From a virus, in the IMG/VR virus record IMGVR_UViG_3300005611_000041: a stretch of 51,354 nt of DNA, one strand, 5' to 3'. How positions within the stretch are numbered: the stretch's first letter is position 1; every line of letters begins with the position of its first letter. Under the pieces are notes generated by a model. The model was given only the letters and a program-made list of their open reading frames with translations. It was not told the origin of the DNA and did not search any database. Shown piece after piece: positions 1-8,700 of this stretch. A program made the translations under genes and the position numbers.

Positions 1-77
1 GCGTTCACCAAGAGACCCACTCAACGAGGTTTGCAAGCTCAAATAGCCGTCTTCGGCTCCATTCGTATTATCTTCGA
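1..77. repeat. Terminal overlap, identical to 51278..51354 (circular closure or assembly overlap)
   Basis: The first and last 77 nt match base for base. The fibre reading frame continues in frame across the junction. Confidence 0.9.
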
Positions 78-1569
78 TGATTCCAAAAATTGCGCCGTAG
101 GTGTGATTGGCTGTGGTGCTTGCAGAATCGCCTAAGCTAAATTTAACCCCAGAACCAAAACCAGCAGTATTCGACTGACGCTCCACGTTAATTGAAGCGC
201 CAACGACATGGAGTTTTTCTGAAGGGCTGCTAGCAGAAATACCGACATTCCCGCTTGAGTCGATAGTCATTGCCTGACTACTAGCCGCTGTAAAAAACGC
301 TAAGCCTTTTGCCGCAGTAGAACTACCAAAGTTTACGTTACTTCCGTCTACAGTTAAGAAGCCAGCGTTAGTGCCGTTATCGATAAGGTAGCCATTGTTA
401 TTTTTAATTTGACCAGAAACTTCTAGAGCTACTGACGGACTGGAAGTAGCAATACCTACGCGATCATTCCCCGCATCCACAAACAACATATTAGCGTTGC
501 CGCTCGACTCAACGCGGAAGTCGAGATCTTGACCGTCTTGATTGATTACCGCCCCGCTGCCATTCAAAGTTATCCTGTTGCGAGCAGTGCCGTTAACCAC
601 TGTTATCACATTTAATTGTGAATCCTCTGTCCCATCTGACGCATCAGTGATTTGTGTATTGATACGAGCATAATTTATATCTTCGCTTGCATCATTTTGC
701 CCACGAAACCTAATTTGCCCTAGAACATCGCTATCCGCTGGACTTGCGCTATCTCGCATGAAATCTAAAACTGGCCCAGCAGTGGCGTCAGCATCAGTGC
801 TTTTTAGAGTGAGTTGAGTCGAGTTGTCAGCGGTTGTGAAAGTCGCAGTCGTACCCGTCAAAGCACCGCTTACATCCATCGTGCCATTCACATCAATAGC
901 CGTAGCAGTCAGGTCAATCTCATCGGTAGCACCCAGCGACAAGACCGTCGCAGACGACCCTTGAATGAACTGGCTCGCATCGTTAAACATGATTTTGTTC
1001 GTAGAGTTAAGCGTCAGACCAGAGCCGTCTGTGTGCGTAAGCGTAGTGTCGCCATCTGCGCCAAACGTGATGACTGCGCTGTCTGAACTGAGCACAAGGT
1101 CATCGCCAATCGTCAGATCGTCATCAACAAACAGATCAGGAACAGACAGGTCTTGGAACGCATCAACCATCGCAGCGCCTGATCCAGCACCGTCACTGTA
1201 AATCGCTTTGGTCTGACCATTAGCGATTGTGATCGTAGCACCAGAGCCTTGCTTAATGATAATGCTCTGCGATCCGCTGGTTGCATTCTCAATGAACCAC
1301 AGCTTGCTGACCGTATTCGGCCCTATAGTGATGGTGCAAGTTGAATCAAGAGTGCCAGTATATTTGAGGAAGAGAGACCGGCCCGGATCAGTAGACCCAT
1401 CAGCAATAGTAGTAGTATGAGTATCAGCATTAGTCGTAATAGCTTCCGTGCCAAAACTAAATGCCTCTGCAATCAACTCAAGGTTGGTGTTTGTGGTCGT
1501 GCCCCAAGTTCCTGAGCCTTCCCCGGTGGCCAATTCCGATAAGCGGAGGTCGTTAGTGTAGGCTACCAT
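1..1569 (-). CDS. Tail fibre protein, first 523 codons (gene wraps the junction and continues 51277..50765; ~693 aa in total)
   Basis: ATG at 1569 lies 7 nt after GAGGAA. The minus frame is open to base 1, which is why it is absent from the ORF track. N-terminus MVAYTNDLRLSELATGEGSGTWGTTTNTNLELIAEAF resembles podovirus fibre anchor domains (from memory). The rest is G/S/T/N/D-rich, beta-type sequence. Confidence 0.8.
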   Translation of the reverse strand, partial: MVAYTNDLRLSELATGEGSGTWGTTTNTNLELIAEAFSFGTEAITTNADTHTTTIADGSTDPGRSLFLKYTGTLDSTCTITIGPNTVSKLWFIENATSGSQSIIIKQGSGATITIANGQTKAIYSDGAGSGAAMVDAFQDLSVPDLFVDDDLTIGDDLVLSSDSAVITFGADGDTTLTHTDGSGLTLNSTNKIMFNDASQFIQGSSATVLSLGATDEIDLTATAIDVNGTMDVSGALTGTTATFTTADNSTQLTLKSTDADATAGPVLDFMRDSASPADSDVLGQIRFRGQNDASEDINYARINTQITDASDGTEDSQLNVITVVNGTARNRITLNGSGAVINQDGQDLDFRVESSGNANMLFVDAGNDRVGIATSSPSVALEVSGQIKNNNGYLIDNGTNAGFLTVDGSNVNFGSSTAAKGLAFFTAASSQAMTIDSSGNVGISASSPSEKLHVVGASINVERQSNTAGFGSGVKFSLGDSASTTANHTYGAIFGIIEDNTNGAEDGYLSLQTSLSGSLGER

Positions 1570-1590
1570 ATTGAATTTCCTCGCATTTTT

Positions 1591-2307
1591 TTAAGCGGCA
1601 TCTCTTCCGGCTTTTATCTCTTCATATCCTGCGGATTGACTGGTATCGACAGCCGAATAACCCGCAGATTGAGTTGTACTGATTGGATTGTAGGACGGGT
1701 CTTGATTGGTGTCTATCTCGCCCCATACCAGAATATCACCGACACTTGCAACCATTGACAAGCCTGTGAGCTGCACAATGGCACCCGCAACCGTGCTCAC
1801 GTCACCAATACCAGAGTTTATCTGCTGGCCGTCAACAAAAAGATTGTTAAACGTTCTGGGTGTTACGGTTCCTAGCTCAGATGCAATGCCCTGACCCGTG
1901 AGCGTGACATTAGCCTCTGCATCGACTGTCGGCGCACCGAGTCCTGACGTGATCGACTGGCCCGTGACCTGCACGATAGCGCGAGCCACAACCTCAATAG
2001 AGCCAACGCTCGATGTGATTGCTTGGCCGGTGACGGGAACATTCGCCTCCGCGTCAACCGTAAGAGCGCCAACGCCTGATGTGATTGCCTGACCTGTCGG
2101 GGTGACATTAGCCTCTGCAATGACAGTGACCGCGCCGATGCCAGATGTGATCGCTAAGCCAGTGAGCGGAACATTTGCCTCACCGTCGATGGTAACCGCA
2201 CCCACAGCAGCAGTCGCCTGCTGTCCCGTAGGTGTTACATCAATAAAGAGCGGAGTGCCCCAAGCACCCAGCCCCCATGTACCGCGACCCCAGCCTTCTT
2301 GAGACAT
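1591..2307 (-). CDS. Fibre-associated repeat protein (238 aa)
   Basis: N-terminal GWGRGTWGLGAWG motif followed by eight ~22-aa units, TG(Q/L)AITSGxGAxTVxAEANV. The start overlaps the upstream stop (TGATG). It lies directly upstream of the fibre gene. Confidence 0.75.
   Translation of the reverse strand: MSQEGWGRGTWGLGAWGTPLFIDVTPTGQQATAAVGAVTIDGEANVPLTGLAITSGIGAVTVIAEANVTPTGQAITSGVGALTVDAEANVPVTGQAITSSVGSIEVVARAIVQVTGQSITSGLGAPTVDAEANVTLTGQGIASELGTVTPRTFNNLFVDGQQINSGIGDVSTVAGAIVQLTGLSMVASVGDILVWGEIDTNQDPSYNPISTTQSAGYSAVDTSQSAGYEEIKAGRDAA
1717..2229 (-). repeat. Eight diverged tandem ~66-bp coding repeats
   Basis: A 22-aa periodicity is visible in the translation of 1591..2307. Coordinates were derived from aa 27-197. 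Confidence 0.7.
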
Positions 2308-2450
2308 CAGTCAGTCAACTTTTCTTTGGCATCTTTCAGACGCTGAACCGCCGTGCTCATGATGTCGCGCACTGCATTCGTCATGAAATCTGTCGCAAGC
2401 GAAGCCTCCATCGTCTCGATGGCCTCTTCAATATCCTCTAAAGCCGTCAT
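2307..2450 (-). CDS. Small hypothetical protein (47 aa, MTALEDIEEAIETMEASLATDF...)
   Basis: Below the ORF-track cutoff. GGAGG sits 5 nt upstream of the ATG, and its TGA stop overlaps the ATG of the next gene. Confidence 0.45.
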   Translation of the reverse strand: MTALEDIEEAIETMEASLATDFMTNAVRDIMSTAVQRLKDAKEKLTD

Positions 2451-2475
2451 AGTGACCTCCAATTAAGTCACCATG
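2448..2475. other. Imperfect 9-bp inverted repeat, CATAGTGAC-N10-GTCACCATG, just 3' of the recombinase gene
   Basis: Read directly; 8 of 9 positions are complementary. Could be a recombinase site, a weak hairpin or an SD-masking structure. Confidence 0.3.
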
Positions 2476-2482
2476 ATAGAGC

Positions 2483-3274
2483 CTATGCAGCGTTAGGGAC
2501 ACCCTGAAATTTGCGGCTAAGGATGCGCTGCACCTTGGAATGCGTGAGCGGAGGTATGTCGTGCAAGCTGTTTACCTGCTTGGCAATCTTGCGAGCGCCA
2601 AGGCCACGCTTATGAAGGCGATAGATTGATTTCAGCACAGCCTGTTCTTCAGGCACCTCTTCGAGATACTTGCGCGTCTTGCTACCCGTCTTCACCTCAA
2701 CGTGCCTATACCCGTAAGGCGCAGATCCGCCAATCGCATAGCCGCGAGACGCCCAGTCAAGCTTGCCTGCGGCAAAGCGATCCTTGATGGTCGCGTGTTC
2801 GATCTCGGCAACCGCTGATAACACCATCAGCATGATCTGGTTGGCCATCGAGTTCATATCGAACTTGGCATCCAAGCCCTTCGACCTGCCTGCGTCTGGG
2901 TAGACAATCGGCATCTCGCCAAACTGCTCGCAAAAATACATCGTGATACCAATGTCTTGAAGCACTGGGATCAAGCCTAAAAGATCGGAGCTGGAGCGGC
3001 TTAATCGGTCAAGCCGAGTGCAGATCACCACGTCATGCTCATCGATCACATCAGTCATATCGCGGCTGGCGGGTCGATCCAGCACCGCATGGGTGCCAGA
3101 GATGCCTTCATCCGCAAAGAACTCGGTCACCTCCCGGTTGTACTTCTCGCGCACAAACTCGCTGATCTGCTGCTTCTGCGTCTCCAGCGAGATGCCAGAC
3201 TTGACCTGCTCGTCTGTGGATACGCGGACGTAGCCGTAGATATTGTTGATTTGCTTGAGTGGGTTGCCGCTCAT
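2483..3274 (-). CDS. Serine recombinase (263 aa; resolvase-type catalytic domain plus a partial recombinase/HTH domain)
   Basis: IYGYVRVSTDEQ catalytic-serine motif, RLDRLSRS, E-helix, then GGSAPYGY and LGARKIAKQVN...VQRILS. No zinc-ribbon or coiled-coil region. Confidence 0.9.
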   Translation of the reverse strand: MSGNPLKQINNIYGYVRVSTDEQVKSGISLETQKQQISEFVREKYNREVTEFFADEGISGTHAVLDRPASRDMTDVIDEHDVVICTRLDRLSRSSSDLLGLIPVLQDIGITMYFCEQFGEMPIVYPDAGRSKGLDAKFDMNSMANQIMLMVLSAVAEIEHATIKDRFAAGKLDWASRGYAIGGSAPYGYRHVEVKTGSKTRKYLEEVPEEQAVLKSIYRLHKRGLGARKIAKQVNSLHDIPPLTHSKVQRILSRKFQGVPNAA

Positions 3275-3504
3275 TTCACACCGCCTTTGTAGCCATAGTC
3301 AGTCATCTCTTCATGCAGCCGCTGCCAGTTTATGTCCAGCGGCATGTTATCGGTACTACGGTCAGCAAACATCACCTGACCGTCTTTCACCAGCTCTACG
3401 CCATACACCGCCTTGGGCATCCCATCGTACACGATGTCGATGTTGTGCTTCAGGCAAGTGCGGCGCACTCGGTTGTAAAAAACCTTCTTTGCTTGGGCGC
3501 TCAC
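3271..3504 (-). CDS. Hypothetical protein (77 aa, GTG start)
   Basis: GGAGGG SD with a GTGA start-stop overlap to the upstream gene. Its own stop overlaps the recombinase ATG. Confidence 0.5.
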   Translation of the reverse strand: MSAQAKKVFYNRVRRTCLKHNIDIVYDGMPKAVYGVELVKDGQVMFADRSTDNMPLDINWQRLHEEMTDYGYKGGVK

Positions 3505-3707
3505 GCTGCGCCCTCCTGAGTCTGCGAGAATTTTTCTCTGCGTTTGAGTTCCGCGAAGCAATAGATAATCTCGTCTTGGTACTGACCCGCTTTTGGGTTA
3601 TCAGGCATGGCAATCATAGCTTGCCTGCAATCCTCGATGACATACCTTAGTGAATCGACGCTGCGTTTTTTGCAGTTGCGAATATAGTCGCTGTGCCAGT
3701 TGCTCAT
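3501..3707 (-). CDS. Hypothetical early protein (68 aa)
   Basis: ORF track. CAGGAGGGCGCAGCATGAGC coupling context (ATGA overlap). Confidence 0.6.
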   Translation of the reverse strand: MSNWHSDYIRNCKKRSVDSLRYVIEDCRQAMIAMPDNPKAGQYQDEIIYCFAELKRREKFSQTQEGAA

Positions 3708-3982
3708 GCTGCGCCCTCCTGCAAAAACTCTGCGTACAGCTTCTTGCCGTCTTCGGTGGCAGCAAGCTTGCGAGCCATGTTCGCTATATACTCGCCAAGC
3801 TCCTTGATCTCCAAAGCCTTGTGCGAGAAAGCAGAAAGCGCCTCTTCGGTCACTGACGCACCCTTGCGGAACAAGGCTGGCAGCATCATAGATTCCGCTG
3901 CGGTCAGGACATGCAGACGAGCAAACTTGTGGCAGTCCGAATGTAGCAATTGTTCTTCAACGGTCAGTTCTTTATCGGTCAT
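3704..3982 (-). CDS. Hypothetical early protein (92 aa)
   Basis: First gene after the leftward promoter. Leader is ACAGGAGAAACGTGATGACC. Start trimmed from the GTG to the ATG at 3982. Confidence 0.6.
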   Translation of the reverse strand: MTDKELTVEEQLLHSDCHKFARLHVLTAAESMMLPALFRKGASVTEEALSAFSHKALEIKELGEYIANMARKLAATEDGKKLYAEFLQEGAA

Positions 3983-4008
3983 CACGTTTCTCCTGTAAGT
4001 GAAATTGC

Positions 4009-4037
4009 ATCATAAGGGCATCCGTGTCGATGTGCAA
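4009..4037 (-). promoter_or_regulatory. Leftward early promoter (TTGCAC-N17-TATGAT) with a CGACACGG box in the spacer
   Basis: -35 at 4037..4032, -10 at 4014..4009, box at 4029..4022. Same architecture as five other copies. Confidence 0.6.
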
Positions 4038-4071
4038 CACTTTATTTGAATAAATTGTTTTGTATAGGTGT

Positions 4072-4100
4072 TTGCATATGGGCACGGCGTGTGGTAGGCT
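4072..4100 (+). promoter_or_regulatory. Rightward early promoter (TTGCAT-N17-TAGGCT) with a GGCACGG box
   Basis: Back to back with the leftward promoter. Followed by the leader AACAAGGAGAACGTGATGAGC. Confidence 0.5.
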
Positions 4101-4125
4101 TTTGAAAGCTAACAAGGAGAACGTG

Positions 4126-4362
4126 ATGAGCCTACTTAAAACCCAATACCTACAGCTCACCAACGAAGAGATCGAGATGCTGTCTACGCTTATGCGTAGC
4201 AGCTCCGACGATCCTCGCGTCAACGGGCTGATCGGCACCTGCTTTTGGTTCAAGTGCTATAACAAAGACGAAGAAGCCGAGCATAAAGCGCGGTGGACGA
4301 GTATTCAGCAAAAGCTCGCAAAGTTTGTGGGAACGGTAGAACGAGGAGAATTGGATACATGA
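4126..4362 (+). CDS. Hypothetical early protein (78 aa)
   Basis: AAGGAGAACGTG ATG context. ORF-track entry 4060..4362 trimmed to this ATG. Confidence 0.6.
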   Translation: MSLLKTQYLQLTNEEIEMLSTLMRSSSDDPRVNGLIGTCFWFKCYNKDEEAEHKARWTSIQQKLAKFVGTVERGELDT

Positions 4363-4640
4363 ACAAGAACCAATGGAGAAAAGCTTACCACTTGGCTCGC
4401 CTTTCAACTTGCATCAATCGCAGGGCTTGTGTTGAGGAAGAAGCCGAAGTCAAAGCCTATCGAGAACTGCATGAACTCATTCAGTCTGGCTTTCTGGCCC
4501 GAAAAGATTTTTGGGCTGCTCAGAATTGTGTGCAATTTTATCGCTATCCACACGACAAGCTAGACACGTTTCATAACCGATTCAAGGGGCTGAGGCATCA
4601 GATGTTTGCCTATGGCAACAGGTCGAACGAATGCCGCTAA
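4359..4640 (+). CDS. Hypothetical early protein (93 aa)
   Basis: GAGGAG SD and an ATGA overlap with the upstream stop. Confidence 0.55.
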   Translation: MNKNQWRKAYHLARLSTCINRRACVEEEAEVKAYRELHELIQSGFLARKDFWAAQNCVQFYRYPHDKLDTFHNRFKGLRHQMFAYGNRSNECR

Positions 4641-4662
4641 ACGGCTGGGGGGAATATCAAAG

Positions 4663-5265
4663 ATGATGAATCTTGAGATTCGTTACGCGACTGCAAATGA
4701 CGTGAAGTTTGTCGATCACTTGCAGAAGAAGAACGCCGAAGAATTGAGCTTTTACCCTGCTGGGGTTTTCGAGCGGGAAATAGAAAGCCAGCGAATCTTG
4801 ATCGCCCTAGTAAATGCAGAGCCTGCTGGGTATCTGTATCACGGCGCGATCAAGCTCGACTATCCGCTCAAGATTCACCAAGCGTGTATTCAATACGACC
4901 TGCGAGGTAACTGGTACGGCGCTGGCCTTTGCAGGTTCTTGGAAGACTTGGCGGCAATCGGTGGATCTCGGCTGATCTCTTTGCGGTGTGGATCGGATAT
5001 CGCAGCAAACACTTTTTGGAAAAGCATGGGGTACGAATGCGTTTTGATAACACCTGGTGGTATCAGACGTATGCGGGACATCAACGTATGGCAGAAGCTG
5101 TTGAGCCGAGACTTGTTTGGTTTTGAGGCAATACAACCCAGCGACAAAAAGAAAGACTCTTCTATCTGGGCAAAACGCAATAAGAACAAAAAACAAAACA
5201 GCATGTTGAGAGGCAAAGCGTTGCTTGAATACCGCAGACAAATTTTGGAGGAACACGATGAATGA
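4663..5265 (+). CDS. GNAT-family N-acetyltransferase (200 aa) with a Lys-rich C-terminal tail
   Basis: YDLRGNWYGAGLCRFLE fits the acetyl-CoA motif A (R/Q-x-x-G-x-G/A). Followed by a beta-strand/helix pattern ending FWKSMGYE. Confidence 0.65.
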   Translation: MMNLEIRYATANDVKFVDHLQKKNAEELSFYPAGVFEREIESQRILIALVNAEPAGYLYHGAIKLDYPLKIHQACIQYDLRGNWYGAGLCRFLEDLAAIGGSRLISLRCGSDIAANTFWKSMGYECVLITPGGIRRMRDINVWQKLLSRDLFGFEAIQPSDKKKDSSIWAKRNKNKKQNSMLRGKALLEYRRQILEEHDE

Positions 5266-5473
5266 GCTTATTGAGTTACTACGAAACCACGACTGGTATT
5301 TTGAGTACAGCGATGACCACAAGGTCTGGCAGCGCGGGGTAACCCAGCGAGCTGCGATCAATGCCGAGGCTGAGCGCCTTGGCCAACCAGAGCTGGTCGA
5401 ACAAGCCTTTGAGAAGTACAAGGCTGGTGACCTAGACTGGTGGCTGGCTGAGCTGGAGGGAATCAATGGATAA
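5258..5473 (+). CDS. Hypothetical protein (71 aa)
   Basis: GGAGG SD. The start is 8 nt inside the end of the GNAT gene. Confidence 0.55.
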   Translation: MNELIELLRNHDWYFEYSDDHKVWQRGVTQRAAINAEAERLGQPELVEQAFEKYKAGDLDWWLAELEGING

Positions 5474-5657
5474 GTATTTTCAAACGCTCGACATGGCCGC
5501 GTTTCGCATGATGCTCGAACCCGATAGCGACAAAGCCATGAAGCTTTACCGCCATGTGCTCAACTCTCAGCATGACGCAGGGCCAGAAGCCGACTACATT
5601 ATCCGCCTGTGGAAAAAAGAGCGGGGAATCAATGCGAAAGATGACAGTAATAGCTGA
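5466..5657 (+). CDS. Hypothetical protein (63 aa)
   Basis: GGAGGG SD and an 8-nt overlap with the upstream gene. Confidence 0.55.
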   Translation: MDKYFQTLDMAAFRMMLEPDSDKAMKLYRHVLNSQHDAGPEADYIIRLWKKERGINAKDDSNS

Positions 5658-5790
5658 GATCAGCGTGAAGACGCTGGTAGACCTAGATGTGCTCGAAGAC
5701 CTGATCGAAGACGTGATCCTCGAAGCCCTTCACCAAGACGAAGAGGTCGAGGTGAAGGTGACGGCGGAGTTTGTGAAGGTGGCTAAATAG
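5632..5790 (+). CDS. Hypothetical acidic protein (52 aa)
   Basis: Last ORF of the plus-strand island. The start is uncertain (5632 or 5641). Confidence 0.4.
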   Translation: MRKMTVIAEISVKTLVDLDVLEDLIEDVILEALHQDEEVEVKVTAEFVKVAK

Positions 5791-8700
5791 GCTGTACGGC
5801 CTCAATGAACGGCCTAGCCGCCTCTTGTCGAACTCGCTCCATTTCAGCCGTATCCCGTGGGTCTAAGCCGATAATGCCCAGAGCACCCTCAGTCACAGCT
5901 TCCGCTGCGGGAACCAACGCTTCTTGGAACAAAAACTGAGCTGGGTCGCGGCTGGGGCCGATTGGCATACCTGATCGTGTACGACCCATCTCACCCTGAC
6001 CCATCAGATAGTCTCCTAGAGCGCCCAAACCGCCCTTCACAGCCTCTTTGTAACGCCTTCCAGTCGGTGATGCGGTCTCGAAATCAACCATCGCAATCGC
6101 TTTTCTGCGAGCCGCTTCAGCCTCTTCTGGTGTAGCACCCATCTCAAACGCAGCTTCAGCACCGCTCATGCCCATGAAAGGCTCGATAACCAAGTCAGAC
6201 AAGCCCTCGTAAGCGACTTCGCCTGCACCTTTTAGCGCCCCCAATATGCCTGCGCTTTCGCTGGGCATAGCGTCAGGGAATGTGCGCTCAAGCTCTTTTG
6301 CTTTCTGCTCTTCCTCTGCCGCTTGGACTTTTTCCGCTGGCAGCATTTGCAGGCTAAGCAACCCGACTGGGGGAATCGTGTACATCCCTCGTCTTTTTGC
6401 CGCTTTTTGACCTATTGTCTGACCGTCTTTTGTGCTCTCGTCTAAGAGGAAAACTCTGCTGGTATGCTTGATACCGTTTTCGTCTTCAACCGTAATTGTC
6501 TTACCTTTGGGTTTGCCTGTCGTGGTTTCAGAGGGGTTGAAAATTCTTTTGATAGAAAATGGTATTTGTTCATCGTAAGCGCCAATCAGGCCGGGGTTGT
6601 TCCACCGATTCTTTTGAACTTCGCCCGGCGTAAACGCCACGCCGTCATACCCCTCTCTAGCCGCTCTATCGAAAATATATTTCATGCCTAAGTTGTTCCA
6701 ACTTTCAGTGTCGGTAACAAACGGCGCTTTTTTGACAAATGAAGTGTAAGGGCTGAGCATTTTTGCGCCCTTCTTTGCTTTCTCGTCTGTGGAAAAATTG
6801 TTGTAGGCCTCTTTTAAGCGACGCATTGCGTCCCTTGGAAGACCCTCTAGTTCGAGCGTATTTTCGAGCAGCTTAGTAGCTTGTTGGTTCAAATCTCGAT
6901 TTACTTTTCCATAGCTCTCGGCATCGAAAGCCTGTAACAAACGACCAAAGGCCTCTTTATTGAAATCAGCGACCGACGGCAAACTCGAATTTGTGAGTCC
7001 CGGAGAGCTGAATGCTTTAATTTTTTTGTCTATACCGGGCAGATCGTCTGTATCAACATAGTCCGATATGGTTTGTCTAACCAAAGTAGGATCAGACGGA
7101 AAACTTGTCGTTGATCTGATGGGGAATGAATCACCCTGTTCGATTCGTAGTAAGCGACCTTTCAACGCCTCTGGTAAATAAAAATTTTGGCTTCGCTGAC
7201 TGTCGTAGAAAGCATCTTCGTAAATCCTTTTCAAAGCTGCTTTTTTTTCATCGACGGAAAAACTATTTGTAATAGCGTCGCCGCGAAGTTGTTTTGCGAC
7301 CGTTTTTACATCGTCATAGTGGTCATCTAAAGCACTTTTGATTCTTTCCATCGATCTGGAACGAATGCCGAACTTCACGCTGTCAGCAGGTGAAGCGTCC
7401 CTGATATTGTATGGCTCACTCAACGCTCTGACGGTTTCATCGATAAAGCCGGGCAACGTAAAACTGTTTTTTGCCTTTATCCCTTCGTAGATATCGAAGA
7501 GACCCTCCAACTCGTCTTTTGCCTTAGATTCAGCGTATTCAATGGCTTCAGGTTCAATAAATCCCTCACGCCGACCTGTTTGACCCCAATCCGACTGAAA
7601 CTCCTCGACGTATAGAATCAGATTGCCGTTTTTATCTAACCTATCTTTGGTGCGAACATGAAACACTTGGTTTTCCGCGTCGGGATAGTGTATTTCTTCG
7701 CTGAACAGCAATTCTGGTAATTTTAACTTGAAGACTGTCTCTACAGGGTTCTCTCCCCCCGGCAGAGTTGATGATTCCCAGCGTAGATTGCCCTCGTCAC
7801 CCTCGAAAATGTTTTCATATCGCTCCAGAGCCGCGCTCAACTGTACCCTTGCCTCTTCTTGGCCCGGCACCTCGTCATCTAAGAAATTTCGCCCCTCTCG
7901 AAGTAAACGTGGATCGCTTGATCCTGATAAGTTGAATCCATATTCTTCATTACCAACCATAGAGTAAGGTGTCGGATTGCCGTCCACGGTTGCCGTGACT
8001 CGCTCTAGCGGCTGATCTAAATACTCCTGCTCCATGTCGAAATAAGCAGCATCGTACAAAATATCTTTGTCAGTGCTGTCCAAGACATCTAGGCTCGCGC
8101 CCTCAAAGAGAAAGTCACGGATAGATTCGTTATCCTCATCCATGATGTAGCTGAGAATGTTTTCGTTTCTGTTGTAGCCTACGTTCAAAGCGTCCCGCGC
8201 CAAGTCTTCGTCTTCCAAAATTTCTGTTATTCGAGCTGACTCAGGATCAAATTCTTTTTTGACGCGACCGATGACATCGGTGCTTCCTTCTCGGAAAACT
8301 GGCATCCCTTCGGTGACTTCGTCTACAAATTCAAAATTTGTCGCGTCTGGGCCAGTATCCAACACTCCAACAACCTCATCAGGGCCGAAGCCGGGAGCCT
8401 TGATGGCGAATCGATCTGCAAAAACGCCAAAACGGCCATCACGCGCTTCGCGATACGGGAAGTACGTCAGCTTTCTGCCATCATCCAACTCAACAAAAAA
8501 GCTTTGATTGGCTTCTTCAAAGCTCAAGACATCAGTGTCGAAGCCGATATTGCTTGGCGCTGAGCCTTTGTACTCTGTCGCGGTAAACTCTATCCTGTTT
8601 TCCTCAATGACCTTCAAAATCTCGTCTTGCGTCACTCGATCTTGCTGAAAAAGATCATCTAACCCTAAATCCTGTAGCTCTTGCTTCGTGACTCCGTTTT

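Noticed and set aside
814-1420. Plus-strand ORFs (814..1086, 965..1201, 1229..1420) listed in the ORF track
   Set aside because: They lie antisense inside the long open minus-strand tail-fibre frame (ATG at 1569). They have Arg/Ser/Cys-rich unnatural composition and no SD.
1717-2229. Tandem 66-bp repeats considered as a CRISPR array or a DGR variable/template pair
   Set aside because: The repeats are contiguous with no spacers, in frame and coding (22-aa units). No cas genes and no reverse transcriptase exist in the window.
2448-2475. The palindrome considered as one boundary of a Gin/Cin-type invertible fibre segment
   Set aside because: I could not find a second, inverted copy of the site, and there are no alternative fibre C-terminal cassettes on the opposite strand. 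My scan was by eye and not exhaustive, so the site is retained only as a low-confidence feature.
3362-4407. Overlapping ORFs 3362..3613, 3972..4253 and 4150..4407 around the early control region
   Set aside because: They cross the divergent promoters or lie antisense to better-supported, translationally coupled genes. They have no start signals.
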